The notes beneath the pieces were generated by a model. That model was not told where the DNA came from. It saw nothing but the letters and a program-made list of their open reading frames with translations, and ran no database searches. A stretch of 64,000 nt of DNA from the IMG/VR virus record IMGVR_UViG_3300021141_000001; one strand, written 5' to 3'. Numbering within the stretch: the first letter of the stretch is position 1; each line of letters starts with the position of its first letter. Below, one piece after another: positions 38,493-47,450 of this stretch. The translations under genes were made by a program, and so were the position numbers. Origin of the DNA: a virus.

Positions 38493-39848
38493 ATGGCAGA
38501 TACTAATGAACCTGTAAGAGTTAAATTTTCCGAAGAACTTCATGATTTATTAAAAGTTTTAGAAGATGAGAATAGTTATATCGCATTTGAAATGCTTTGG
38601 CTAAATGAACCTAATTCTAAATATCATAATGGTTTAGGAATTACTGATGTTAATATATCTAAGACAAAATCTTGTTTAGATGTTACATCTAGAGGTAAAG
38701 TACACCCTATGAAAATAGAAAATTTTATTAAATTTTACTTTAAAAATTATTTTCAAACTGCTGATATTCAAGATTTTATTGAACAATATGATATATTATC
38801 AGGTGGTGGTTCGGTTGAAAGTATTGCTGTTAATAGAATTACACCAGAACCTTTTACTTATAATCCTAAAGACGTTAGAAGTACATTTATTTCATTAGTT
38901 ACTAAGACATATCCTCACGGACACGAAGAAGAAGTAATGGCTTTTATGCCTAAATTGGATAAAGATATTGTAGGTAACTATTATAAGATTATTGGCGAGA
39001 ATTCAACAACAATGTTTACGTCTCACTTAGATACTGCTGATAGAAAACAAGGCATTACTAAACTTCTTTCTAAGAAAGATGATAAAGGTGATGAAATTAT
39101 CTATACAGATGGTTCTACTATATTAGGTGCTGATGATAAATCAGGTGTTGCTGTTATGCTTTATATGATGGCTCATAATGTACCAGGTCTTTATTACTTC
39201 TTTATGGGTGAAGAAAGAGGTGGTATTGGTTCAGGTTTATTATCTTCAGTGTATGAACAAGTTGAATATCTTAAAAATATTAAGAGATGTGTTTCTTTTG
39301 ATAGAAGAGATGTTTGTTCAGTTATCACTTCTCAATTAGGCAGAACTTGTTGTTCTGATCAATTTGGAACTGCTTTGGCTAAACAATATAATTCACACGG
39401 TCTTAATTTATCATTAGATCCAGGTGGTATATACACAGATTCTGCTTCATTTATTGACCAAATTCCTGAATGTACTAACATTTCAGTTGGTTATTATAGT
39501 GAACATACTGGTAAAGAAAGACAAAATATCAACTATTTAGAAAGACTTGCTAAAGCTAGTGTAAAAGTAAATTGGGATTCATTACCAACTACTAGAAAGA
39601 TAGGAATTGATGAAGAAACTATTAGAAAATATGGTAAGTTAATTAGTGATATAAAAGCAACACCATTTGGTATTGATGTTAAAATAGCATCTGATAGAGC
39701 TACTACATTTATTCAATGTGATTTAGAAGAAGGTTATATTGATGAAACATATGAGGCTTTAACAACATTACAATTCTTATTAAACAAACACAAAGTAAGT
39801 CAAAAGGTTTATTTTGACGCAGAATACATAAAAATAGATTTACTATAA
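38493..39848 (+). CDS. M28/M20-like zinc peptidase, paralogue 1
   Basis: SHLDT, GADDKSG, GEERG, FDRR, EHT. Confidence 0.8.
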   Translation: MADTNEPVRVKFSEELHDLLKVLEDENSYIAFEMLWLNEPNSKYHNGLGITDVNISKTKSCLDVTSRGKVHPMKIENFIKFYFKNYFQTADIQDFIEQYDILSGGGSVESIAVNRITPEPFTYNPKDVRSTFISLVTKTYPHGHEEEVMAFMPKLDKDIVGNYYKIIGENSTTMFTSHLDTADRKQGITKLLSKKDDKGDEIIYTDGSTILGADDKSGVAVMLYMMAHNVPGLYYFFMGEERGGIGSGLLSSVYEQVEYLKNIKRCVSFDRRDVCSVITSQLGRTCCSDQFGTALAKQYNSHGLNLSLDPGGIYTDSASFIDQIPECTNISVGYYSEHTGKERQNINYLERLAKASVKVNWDSLPTTRKIGIDEETIRKYGKLISDIKATPFGIDVKIASDRATTFIQCDLEEGYIDETYEALTTLQFLLNKHKVSQKVYFDAEYIKIDLL

Positions 39849-40294
39849 TGAAACTTAAAAAATTTAATCAATTATTTGAACGTGAGGGTTTTGATGATAT
39901 CGATGGATATGATTATGAAGATGATTACGATTATTCAAGAGAAGATGAATATAAAGGTGATGATGATGATTCAGATGATGATATGTCACATCTTTGTTAT
40001 CTTTTAAGATCCATGTTTAATAATAGTAATGTAGATGTTAATGTTGAAAATAGTGGATTGGATTTATCTATTACAGCTCAATTTGCTAGAAGAGAATCAC
40101 TTAGTGATATTGTTAAAGTATTTGAAATTGTTAGAAAAATTAAAAAAGACGTTTTAGCTCAATATTCTTCTTCTTATGAAATATGGGAAACTAAAACAGG
40201 TACGCCTATGATTACATTTGAATTTATGTTAGAAGACGATGATGATAAAGATGGTGTAGTTACTGATGATAAGAACGATGATTATCCTTGGTAA
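39848..40294 (+). CDS. Acidic protein with capsid-targeting-like leader
   Basis: Starts MKLKKFNQLFE. Confidence 0.6.
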   Translation: MKLKKFNQLFEREGFDDIDGYDYEDDYDYSREDEYKGDDDDSDDDMSHLCYLLRSMFNNSNVDVNVENSGLDLSITAQFARRESLSDIVKVFEIVRKIKKDVLAQYSSSYEIWETKTGTPMITFEFMLEDDDDKDGVVTDDKNDDYPW

Positions 40295-40307
40295 TTTTTA
40301 AAATTTC

Positions 40308-40346
40308 TAAACTTTTTGCTATTTTAGAATATTATATATATATTTG
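40308..40346 (+). promoter_or_regulatory. Composite promoter upstream of the tmRNA
   Basis: TTTG (40315) - 20 nt - TATATTTG (40339); also TAAAC-N17-TATTAT and TATATATA. Confidence 0.65.
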
Positions 40347-40363
40347 TAGAATATAACACACTT

Positions 40364-40743
40364 GGGGATGTTTTAGAATTGATTTGCGGAATGGTGGTGA
40401 TTATGTCAGGTATCGGTTGGTTAAGTATCCGATTAATAAATTAAGTAACAAATTTGTAAACGGCAACGTTAATGAAGTAGCAAGCAATGAAGATTTAGTA
40501 TTTGCGCTACAAAACAACATGATCTTGGTAGAAGATCTAGCAACTGTCTAACAACAGTTACTATCAAAAAATTCTCCAACTTGTATCACACAAGAATAAA
40601 ATGGTGAAACGGTTTTTTGTTACTTGTTAGAGTTTCTCAAAAAAAGTAAATAGTTTGTAAGTTTAGAAAAATTTACTAAGCCTGTGAATGAATAATTATT
40701 AACAACTGAAAAAGACACGTTGGGCAGTACAACGTCATCTCCA
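40364..40743 (+). ncRNA. ssrA: tmRNA
   Basis: Acceptor stem GGGGATG/CATCTCC-A with G3:U wobble; T-arm ACGTTG-GGCAGTA-CAACGT after GAC; pk1 stem ATCGG/CCGAT; tag ORF 40462-40551; followed by a terminator. Confidence 0.88.
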
Positions 40744-40747
40744 CAAG

Positions 40748-40773
40748 AACAAAGACCAGTAATGGTCTTTTGT
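40748..40773 (+). terminator. Intrinsic terminator after the tmRNA
   Basis: AAAGACCA-gtaa-TGGTCTTTT. Confidence 0.7.
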
Positions 40774-40818
40774 TATTTTAAATAGGTAAACTTTATTCCT
40801 TTCGTTAATATAATAAGT

Positions 40819-41322
40819 ATGATTGATAAATTTGAAGGTCGTTATAGATTCTTATCCAACTTCTACCCTTGTACAATAGAACATCAGGGTATTACTTACC
40901 CATCTGTTGAGAACTTTTATGTTGCTATGAAAGTTAATGACCAACAATTAATTAATGGTAAATATTACACACCAGGTGACTTTCGTGAAATGATTGCTAG
41001 AATTTCTAATCCTGCTGAAGTTAAGAAGATTGGTTCTAAAATAAAATTAAGAACTGGTTGGGATGAAAAGAAATTAGAAGTAATGAACTGGGCTGTTCGC
41101 CAAAAGTTCAAAGATGAAACTTTATCTGAAATGTTATTATCTACTGGTGGCCAAGAGTTAATTGAAGGTAACTGGTGGAAAGATTATTTCTGGGGAGTTT
41201 GTAATGGTAAAGGTGATAATAATCTTGGTAAAATTTTAATGACTGTTCGTGAAGAAATTTCTTTACAAAATCAAAAACCTTCAATCGAAGATATAATAAA
41301 AGACAAAAATAAATTAAATTAA
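40819..41322 (+). CDS. NADAR family protein
   Basis: FLSNFY, YPSVENFY.A.K, W, QKF, LLSTG..ELIE, D.FWG, N.LGKILM..R. Confidence 0.9.
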   Translation: MIDKFEGRYRFLSNFYPCTIEHQGITYPSVENFYVAMKVNDQQLINGKYYTPGDFREMIARISNPAEVKKIGSKIKLRTGWDEKKLEVMNWAVRQKFKDETLSEMLLSTGGQELIEGNWWKDYFWGVCNGKGDNNLGKILMTVREEISLQNQKPSIEDIIKDKNKLN

Positions 41323-41324
41323 TA

Positions 41325-42308
41325 ATGAGTGTAATTTCATATTTCGGAGGTAAGTCCTCAAATGTTTTCATTGAGTTTATTAACTCAAAAATTCCTAAAG
41401 ATGGTAGCATAAAAACCTACATAGAACCATTCTCTGGCTCTATGGGAACGTATATGGACGACCCAAACCTAAAGTTTGATGTAGTTGTTTATAATGATAA
41501 AAATCGTCACCAGACGAATCTATACAAGTGTTGTGCTCAACCAGAAGAATTCGTTAAGTATTTAGAAGCTTTGAAAAGAACTTTACTTCATACCGATGAA
41601 ACTGATCCATTGAAGAAGTGGGATTTCTATAAAGAGATTTACAAAAGATATATTAAGAACGATTTCTTAGATAATATGAATTTTGAGATTGGTGATTTCA
41701 AAAAAGCGTCTATCTATGCTTTCTTAATCACATCAGCACATAACTCGGTTTATCCTCGTGGTGCCGGTTTCAATGGTTATAAGAAAGATAAAGACCGTTT
41801 GAAGTTAGAAGTTCTTATTGATAAATTGAAAAAGAACAAGTACACATCTAAATTGGCTACTATTACAGACTTCTATAACATTGATTTTGAAGAGTTAATC
41901 AATCAATATGATGCTGAAGATACTTATTTGTATTTGGATCCTCCTTATCACAGACCTGATGAGAATGGCGATGATGATGCTAAGAGATTATCTTGGTATG
42001 GTGCTGACAAAGAAGGTATGTTTGGTCCGGCTTCACATAGAAGATTGTTAGATTTAATTAAGAAATCAAAATCTCGTTGGTCATTATCTTATTACTATTT
42101 TCCTTTATTAGAAGAATTGTTACCAAGAGACCAATATATCTGGACTGAGAAAGAAGTATTTAGAAGTTCAGCTCAAGGTGGTAATAACTCTGAGGGTAAA
42201 GGTGAACAAGCTAAAGGCGTAGAGTTATTAATTTTAAATTACGATCCAGTTACTGGTAAAAAATTAAACATTCAAGATGAACTATCCGCTACCGAGACAG
42301 AGATATAA
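41325..42308 (+). CDS. dam: DNA adenine methyltransferase (D12/Dam class)
   Basis: YFGGK, YIEPFSGS, YND, YLDPPY, ELLILNY. Confidence 0.88.
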   Translation: MSVISYFGGKSSNVFIEFINSKIPKDGSIKTYIEPFSGSMGTYMDDPNLKFDVVVYNDKNRHQTNLYKCCAQPEEFVKYLEALKRTLLHTDETDPLKKWDFYKEIYKRYIKNDFLDNMNFEIGDFKKASIYAFLITSAHNSVYPRGAGFNGYKKDKDRLKLEVLIDKLKKNKYTSKLATITDFYNIDFEELINQYDAEDTYLYLDPPYHRPDENGDDDAKRLSWYGADKEGMFGPASHRRLLDLIKKSKSRWSLSYYYFPLLEELLPRDQYIWTEKEVFRSSAQGGNNSEGKGEQAKGVELLILNYDPVTGKKLNIQDELSATETEI

Positions 42309-42477
42309 GCATTATAAAGGTGGTACTTATGAAGTAATTACTTTAGCCACTCATACGGAAACAGGAGAAAAGTTAGTAGTTTACAAGTCTATCAACTTTG
42401 GTTCTATTTATGTTAGACCATTAGATATTTGGAACTCAACTTCTGAACATGGTCAAAAAAGATTTGAATTAATATAA
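42277..42477 (+). CDS. DUF1653 protein
   Basis: YKHYKGG.Y.V...A.HTET.E.LVVY...VRP. Confidence 0.85.
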   Translation: MNYPLPRQRYKHYKGGTYEVITLATHTETGEKLVVYKSINFGSIYVRPLDIWNSTSEHGQKRFELI

Positions 42478-42701
42478 TGGCAATAGCTTGTAATCCTAGT
42501 GTATTTAATATAAATAACGCTTCAAATTCAACAGCAATTAATGTTGATTCAGATGGTTGTACAGTTATTAGTAAGTTGGTTCTATTAGATGAGAAGACTG
42601 GTAATAAATGGCAAATTAAAATATTAGATGGTGAGTTGATAGCTGAGCCACTTGAATTAGAAGATAAAAGAGAATATAAACTAAATAAAATACTAAAATG
42701 A
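42477..42701 (+). CDS. Hypothetical protein ending KREYKLNKILK
   Basis: Translationally coupled ORF. Confidence 0.6.
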   Translation: MAIACNPSVFNINNASNSTAINVDSDGCTVISKLVLLDEKTGNKWQIKILDGELIAEPLELEDKREYKLNKILK

Positions 42702-43246
42702 AAAAGTACAAAGTTACCATCTATGGATATGGCGCAGAAGTAACAATTGGTTCTGTTGATGAAGAACAAAAAGCAATTATTAATAACCCTGATAAAGAGT
42801 TATGGGAAATTGTGACTAATGATTTAGAAGATTGGGGTAGTTGGTATGAAATTGATGATCAATATCATCGTTGGGGTGCCGCTGGTACATTTACTATCCT
42901 TATTGAAGATGAGAATGGTGAAGAAGTATATAAAATTGATTCTGATAATTTAAGTGAATTTGATACTGAAGAATTTCAGTTAGTAGATTATGAATACACT
43001 GAGATTGATGAGTCTAAAGACTTATTAATGTGTGCTTCATTTGAAAAAGGTGGATTCTTTGAAGGTGATATTGAAACTGAAGAGTTTGATATTACTAAAC
43101 TTAAAATCACTATTGATGAAGAGATTGGTATTGAAGAATATTACTTTGGTGATATTGTTGCTGGTGTTTACTATGATGATGAGGAAGTAGATAACTACGG
43201 TGGTAGTACTAACGGTAAGTCATTTGATGTTACTAAGAACTTCTAA
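42698..43246 (+). CDS. Highly acidic hypothetical protein
   Basis: D/E-rich, 182 aa. Confidence 0.65.
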   Translation: MKKYKVTIYGYGAEVTIGSVDEEQKAIINNPDKELWEIVTNDLEDWGSWYEIDDQYHRWGAAGTFTILIEDENGEEVYKIDSDNLSEFDTEEFQLVDYEYTEIDESKDLLMCASFEKGGFFEGDIETEEFDITKLKITIDEEIGIEEYYFGDIVAGVYYDDEEVDNYGGSTNGKSFDVTKNF

Positions 43247-43249
43247 AAA

Positions 43250-43279
43250 GAAAAACCTCAGAGAAATCTGAGGTTTTTT
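43250..43279. terminator. Bidirectional terminator
   Basis: AAAACCTCAGA-gaaa-TCTGAGGTTTT. Confidence 0.8.
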
Positions 43280-43287
43280 TATGTTTT

Positions 43288-43767
43288 TTACCAACCAATA
43301 TGCTCATCAAGAGCTTCTTGTATAGCCGCATTATATGCCTTGTCGTGATCGCTATCACCTTCATCATATCCTATTTCATCAGATACTCTTTTTAATTCCT
43401 GATTAAAAGTATCAATAGATTTTTTGAACTCTTCTTTAAGAGTTTTATATGCTTCAGTTTTTTGAATTTTATTCATTACCTCATAATCAATATGTGATTC
43501 ATTAACAATTGACTCTTCCAATTCTTCAATAGCATCAATCTTATCTTTTATTTCAGCAGGACTTAAATCATCCATCTTACGAGTTGTGTTATTGAATTTA
43601 TATCTTGAATTAGCCATATTCTTTTGTTGGTTATCAGTATTAGGCTTGTTTTGTCTATCCATCTTCTTCAATTCTTCTTTTTCAGCATTAGGATTAGCTG
43701 AGAAGTCTTTGAAGTTAACTACTTTTCTATTTACATTGAATGTAGGTGTGTTATCTTTATAAGTCAT
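43288..43767 (-). CDS. Hypothetical late protein
   Basis: Late promoter; VVNFKDF and IVNES motifs. Confidence 0.6.
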   Translation of the reverse strand: MTYKDNTPTFNVNRKVVNFKDFSANPNAEKEELKKMDRQNKPNTDNQQKNMANSRYKFNNTTRKMDDLSPAEIKDKIDAIEELEESIVNESHIDYEVMNKIQKTEAYKTLKEEFKKSIDTFNQELKRVSDEIGYDEGDSDHDKAYNAAIQEALDEHIGW

Positions 43768-43890
43768 TTTATAGAATTACTTTTTTGTATATATTAATTG
43801 TCAAATCTCATTTCTTTCATTTTAGAGAGCCGGTTTTTTATATATACTTATGATAAAAAACAAAAATCAAAAAGAGTGTATAATAAAGAT

Positions 43891-45231
43891 ATGAGTAAAT
43901 TAGTAACGTTAAACGGAAATAATGATCAAGAACTTCTAAGTTCTATCTTTGACAATGAAATTGTTGTATTTGAAGATATTCAAGGATCAAAAATATGGGT
44001 TAATTGGGATGGTAAAGAATTTACTATTAAACCAAAGTCAATGAGTAGTGAAAAACTTAATCTTGTTGATTTGGCTATTCAAAACTATTATAATCCAGGT
44101 ATTAAATATTTAGAATCATTGGATGTAAGAGTTAAATCATTGTTGAATAAAAAATGGTGGTTTTGTTTTGAGTACTTTCCAGATGAACAACCTGCTAATA
44201 TTGGATATGATAGAGTTCCTAAAAATCATTTAGTTTTAACTGCTATTAATAAAGGTGGTAAGTATGACTTTAGTGTTGAAGAGTTAGATGAGTATGCTAG
44301 ATTATTTGATGTTGATATGTTACCGATTGTTTTTCAAGGTAAACTAACTGAGAGAATGATTGAAGCTATTAAATACTTTATTAATACAAGTGAAGAAGAT
44401 TTAGAGTATGTATTTGGAGAAAAGTCATTTTCATTTTTCTTCTACAGAATATTAAATCCAAGTTCTACTAACTCGTTCTTAATGAAAGATGAAGATTATC
44501 AATCAAATCTTGAGAAACTTATTGTAAGAACTAAAAGTGGTGATATTTCATTTGAAATATTAAATCCTTTATACAGAAGAATAAGTGATAGTAACTCAAC
44601 AGAATTTGTTGAAATTTATACACTTATATTAGTTAACTTCTTAAACTTCTGTCAATCATTTAACTTAGATGAAATTAAATTAAAAGGTGAAAGAAGAGAT
44701 GAAGTTTATATTTATCTAATGTCTAAACTATTCAATGTTTATGTTTCTGAAGTTAAACAAGATTTATTAGACTTTGATTTTGTAGTTCCTGAATTCTTTG
44801 ATAAAGAAAAGTTCAAAATCAATACAGAATTAATTCCTAATAAATTGACCAAAGATTATATTAAAGAATCTGATAAGTTAGAATATATCTTCAAAGTTAT
44901 TCTTGGTTCATTTAACAAGAAAAGAAAGAAAGCAATTGGTGTATTTACTGATAATACAGTTATATTATTTAACACATTTGTCAATGATATTAATGTTTAT
45001 ATTGAAAAGTATCTAAATAAAGTACACGAGGTTGAATTAACAAGAGCTGGTTTGCTTGACTTTGGTGATTTCTTTGAGATTCAATATGATCAAGATGGTG
45101 AAGGTGATGTTTATCCTGATGTTTACTCTGAGTTTGAAAAAGGAACACCTGAAGAAAAGAAGAAAAAAGGTAAAGGTGGTAAAGGTTTACCCGTACCAGA
45201 AGAAGGACCGTCTAAAACTCCTACTAAGTAA
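43891..45231 (+). CDS. RNA-ligase-fold protein with degenerate active site
   Basis: EDIQGS in place of EKxDG; FEY, LPIVFQG, EKLIVR resemble Rnl2-type motifs. Confidence 0.45.
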   Translation: MSKLVTLNGNNDQELLSSIFDNEIVVFEDIQGSKIWVNWDGKEFTIKPKSMSSEKLNLVDLAIQNYYNPGIKYLESLDVRVKSLLNKKWWFCFEYFPDEQPANIGYDRVPKNHLVLTAINKGGKYDFSVEELDEYARLFDVDMLPIVFQGKLTERMIEAIKYFINTSEEDLEYVFGEKSFSFFFYRILNPSSTNSFLMKDEDYQSNLEKLIVRTKSGDISFEILNPLYRRISDSNSTEFVEIYTLILVNFLNFCQSFNLDEIKLKGERRDEVYIYLMSKLFNVYVSEVKQDLLDFDFVVPEFFDKEKFKINTELIPNKLTKDYIKESDKLEYIFKVILGSFNKKRKKAIGVFTDNTVILFNTFVNDINVYIEKYLNKVHEVELTRAGLLDFGDFFEIQYDQDGEGDVYPDVYSEFEKGTPEEKKKKGKGGKGLPVPEEGPSKTPTK

Positions 45232-45443
45232 TGAACTCAATTGATATTAATATGAGAAGTGTTCAAGTTGAAACTAAAACAAGAGCGCTTAGATCTACTT
45301 GGACTCGTGAATTGGCAACTGATTTAGATTCATATCATAATATTGATATTGAAAAGGAACTTTCTCATCTTTTGAAAGAAGAGCTTCGTAAACAACGAGC
45401 TTCTAGTAGAAAAAAATCAATCAATAAAATCTTCCAAAATTAA
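45231..45443 (+). CDS. 70-aa gp23-core fragment protein
   Basis: VETKTRALRSTWTRELATDLDSYHNIDIEKELSHLL resembles T4 gp23 IEAKSRQLKAAYSIELAQDLRAVHGMDADAELSGIL. Confidence 0.7.
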   Translation: MNSIDINMRSVQVETKTRALRSTWTRELATDLDSYHNIDIEKELSHLLKEELRKQRASSRKKSINKIFQN

Positions 45444-45474
45444 GAACATAAACTTGGAATTTCATATAATTTAT

Positions 45475-46710
45475 ATGACAGTTTCAAGTGTAATTAAGCT
45501 CAGTGATATAGAGTCCTATTCTTCAATTAAGAAGAATTTAGAGGGTAAGAAATGTAGCTTACAGTTTCTACCGGTTTCGTTAGAAACAATTTCAAAACAA
45601 AAGAATTTTATTTATAAAGGTCAAAAGTTGAAGTCAGCTTATTTGATTGATATTATTCATAATTTAATTCTAAAGTATTATTTCAAAAAAGAAAATAAAT
45701 TTCATTTAATGTCTCCTATTTTAAAGGAGAAGTATGGTTATTTATATAACTACTATATGGATTTTCTTACAGAGAATAAAATTATTATTCTTTTAGCAAA
45801 ACATCAAAAGGGTAAAAGTGCTAGAGTTTATGCCATTAATGAATATATTCTCAGAGGAACTATCATTCGATTTAATAATAGTGATAGGACTTTACTTAAA
45901 AAGTATAAAGCAAAGGTAGCTCAGATAGTAGAAGATAAATTAGAAAACTCACTCATTGATAATGATATAAAGATTAAGTTAGTCGATGATTTATTTAAGA
46001 TTCAAATTGAATTTGATAGGTCAATATTTTATTTAGACTCCTTAAAAAGTGATGATATTGATATTTATAATAGAAATAAATATTCAGTTGAGTGTATTAA
46101 TGATAAACACATATTTTATCATTTTGATAGTTATGGTCGCATGCATACTAACTTTACTATATTAAAGTCTTTTATTAGAAAGAATTGTCTATTAATTAAT
46201 GGTGAAGAAACTCATGAAATAGATATTAAAAACTCACAACCTCTTTTCCTAACTAAATTGATTCAAGATTCCGGTACTAAATGGGTTAATCAAGAAGAAT
46301 TTGAACTATTCAAAAATCTTACTATTAATGGTACTTACTATAACTATATAATGGATCACCTTAAAACAAAAGATAGAGGTATGGTTAAAGAATTAACATA
46401 TAAAGTACTATTTGGTAGAAATGGTGTTAATAGTAAAGCCGATAAGATATTTAGTAGTCTTTTTCCAACTATACATTATTTTATTAAATTGTATAAAAAA
46501 GAACACGGAGATTATAAAGTATTGGCTTATGAATTACAAAAGTCTGAAAGTAATCTTATTTTTAATAAAATTATTAGACAAATAATGACACTTTATCCAG
46601 AAATAAATTTAGTTACTGTACATGACAGTATAATTATACCAAAGTCTTATAAAGATTCGGTTTGGGCAATTTTTCAAACCAAACTTTATGAAGAATTCGG
46701 ACTTATTTAA
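45475..46710 (+). CDS. Minimal family-A polymerase-like protein
   Basis: GRMHT, EIDIKNSQP (motif A), K...Y..LFG (motif B), LQ..E, TVHDS (motif C). Confidence 0.6.
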   Translation: MTVSSVIKLSDIESYSSIKKNLEGKKCSLQFLPVSLETISKQKNFIYKGQKLKSAYLIDIIHNLILKYYFKKENKFHLMSPILKEKYGYLYNYYMDFLTENKIIILLAKHQKGKSARVYAINEYILRGTIIRFNNSDRTLLKKYKAKVAQIVEDKLENSLIDNDIKIKLVDDLFKIQIEFDRSIFYLDSLKSDDIDIYNRNKYSVECINDKHIFYHFDSYGRMHTNFTILKSFIRKNCLLINGEETHEIDIKNSQPLFLTKLIQDSGTKWVNQEEFELFKNLTINGTYYNYIMDHLKTKDRGMVKELTYKVLFGRNGVNSKADKIFSSLFPTIHYFIKLYKKEHGDYKVLAYELQKSESNLIFNKIIRQIMTLYPEINLVTVHDSIIIPKSYKDSVWAIFQTKLYEEFGLI

Positions 46711-46735
46711 GAAATAAAAACTTATATATAACTTT

Positions 46736-46885
46736 ATGAAACAATATCATTTAAAATCTAAAATTTCTGAAGAATCTTTTGCCAAATTTGTAGCATCATC
46801 TTTAGAAGAAGCCATTGAGTACTTTTCAAGATTAAAAAAATTATCTAAAAAAGACTTACTTAATATCTACACCGTTACAGATTAA
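46736..46885 (+). CDS. Unannotated 49-aa protein
   Basis: MKQYHLKSK...YTVTD, preceded by a TATATATA promoter motif. Confidence 0.55.
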   Translation: MKQYHLKSKISEESFAKFVASSLEEAIEYFSRLKKLSKKDLLNIYTVTD

Positions 46886-46910
46886 GTATATTATTTTTAA
46901 TATATACTTT

Positions 46911-47450
46911 ATGACAGGATTGGAACACAAGGATGCCTCATTTATTCTACTATCATCTACACGTTTAGATGATATGATATCTATTTTATATGCCAAAGAA
47001 TATCAAGTATTACCCATTAAAGGTTACTACAAGGGTCAATATGAAGACTCTGTAATGGCTTATGGTAAAGTAGATAATGATACTTTAAGAAAAGATGTTC
47101 TTTTTCTTTTAAATCATTTCCATGAAGAATGTGCTATTATTAAATACACTGAAGAAACTAATGCTAAAAAGATATTTAAAGATGGATCTGAGATACCTAT
47201 GGGTATTGTAATGTATAATACAGATTCTGATAATATGTCTTATTTACATAATGGTACATCATTCTCATTTGTTGAATCTAAAAGATATTGGAGACCAACT
47301 AAAAAAGAAGATTTCAGAGTTGGTATGCTAGTTGAATATTTCAATAATAATAAGTGGTTTGAAAAGCTTGTTGAGAATCCTAATGATGAATATGAAAAAC
47401 TTTATAAACTACTTATAAAGTATGATAAAGTTAGAGTTCCTTCTAAATAA
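46911..47450 (+). CDS. Hypothetical protein
   Basis: 179 aa; late promoter. Confidence 0.65.
   Translation: MTGLEHKDASFILLSSTRLDDMISILYAKEYQVLPIKGYYKGQYEDSVMAYGKVDNDTLRKDVLFLLNHFHEECAIIKYTEETNAKKIFKDGSEIPMGIVMYNTDSDNMSYLHNGTSFSFVESKRYWRPTKKEDFRVGMLVEYFNNNKWFEKLVENPNDEYEKLYKLLIKYDKVRVPSK

Noticed and set aside
40364-40743. tRNA-Ala or intron-containing tRNA
   Set aside because: There is no anticodon arm; the 380-nt length, pseudoknot stem and internal tag ORF fit a tmRNA.
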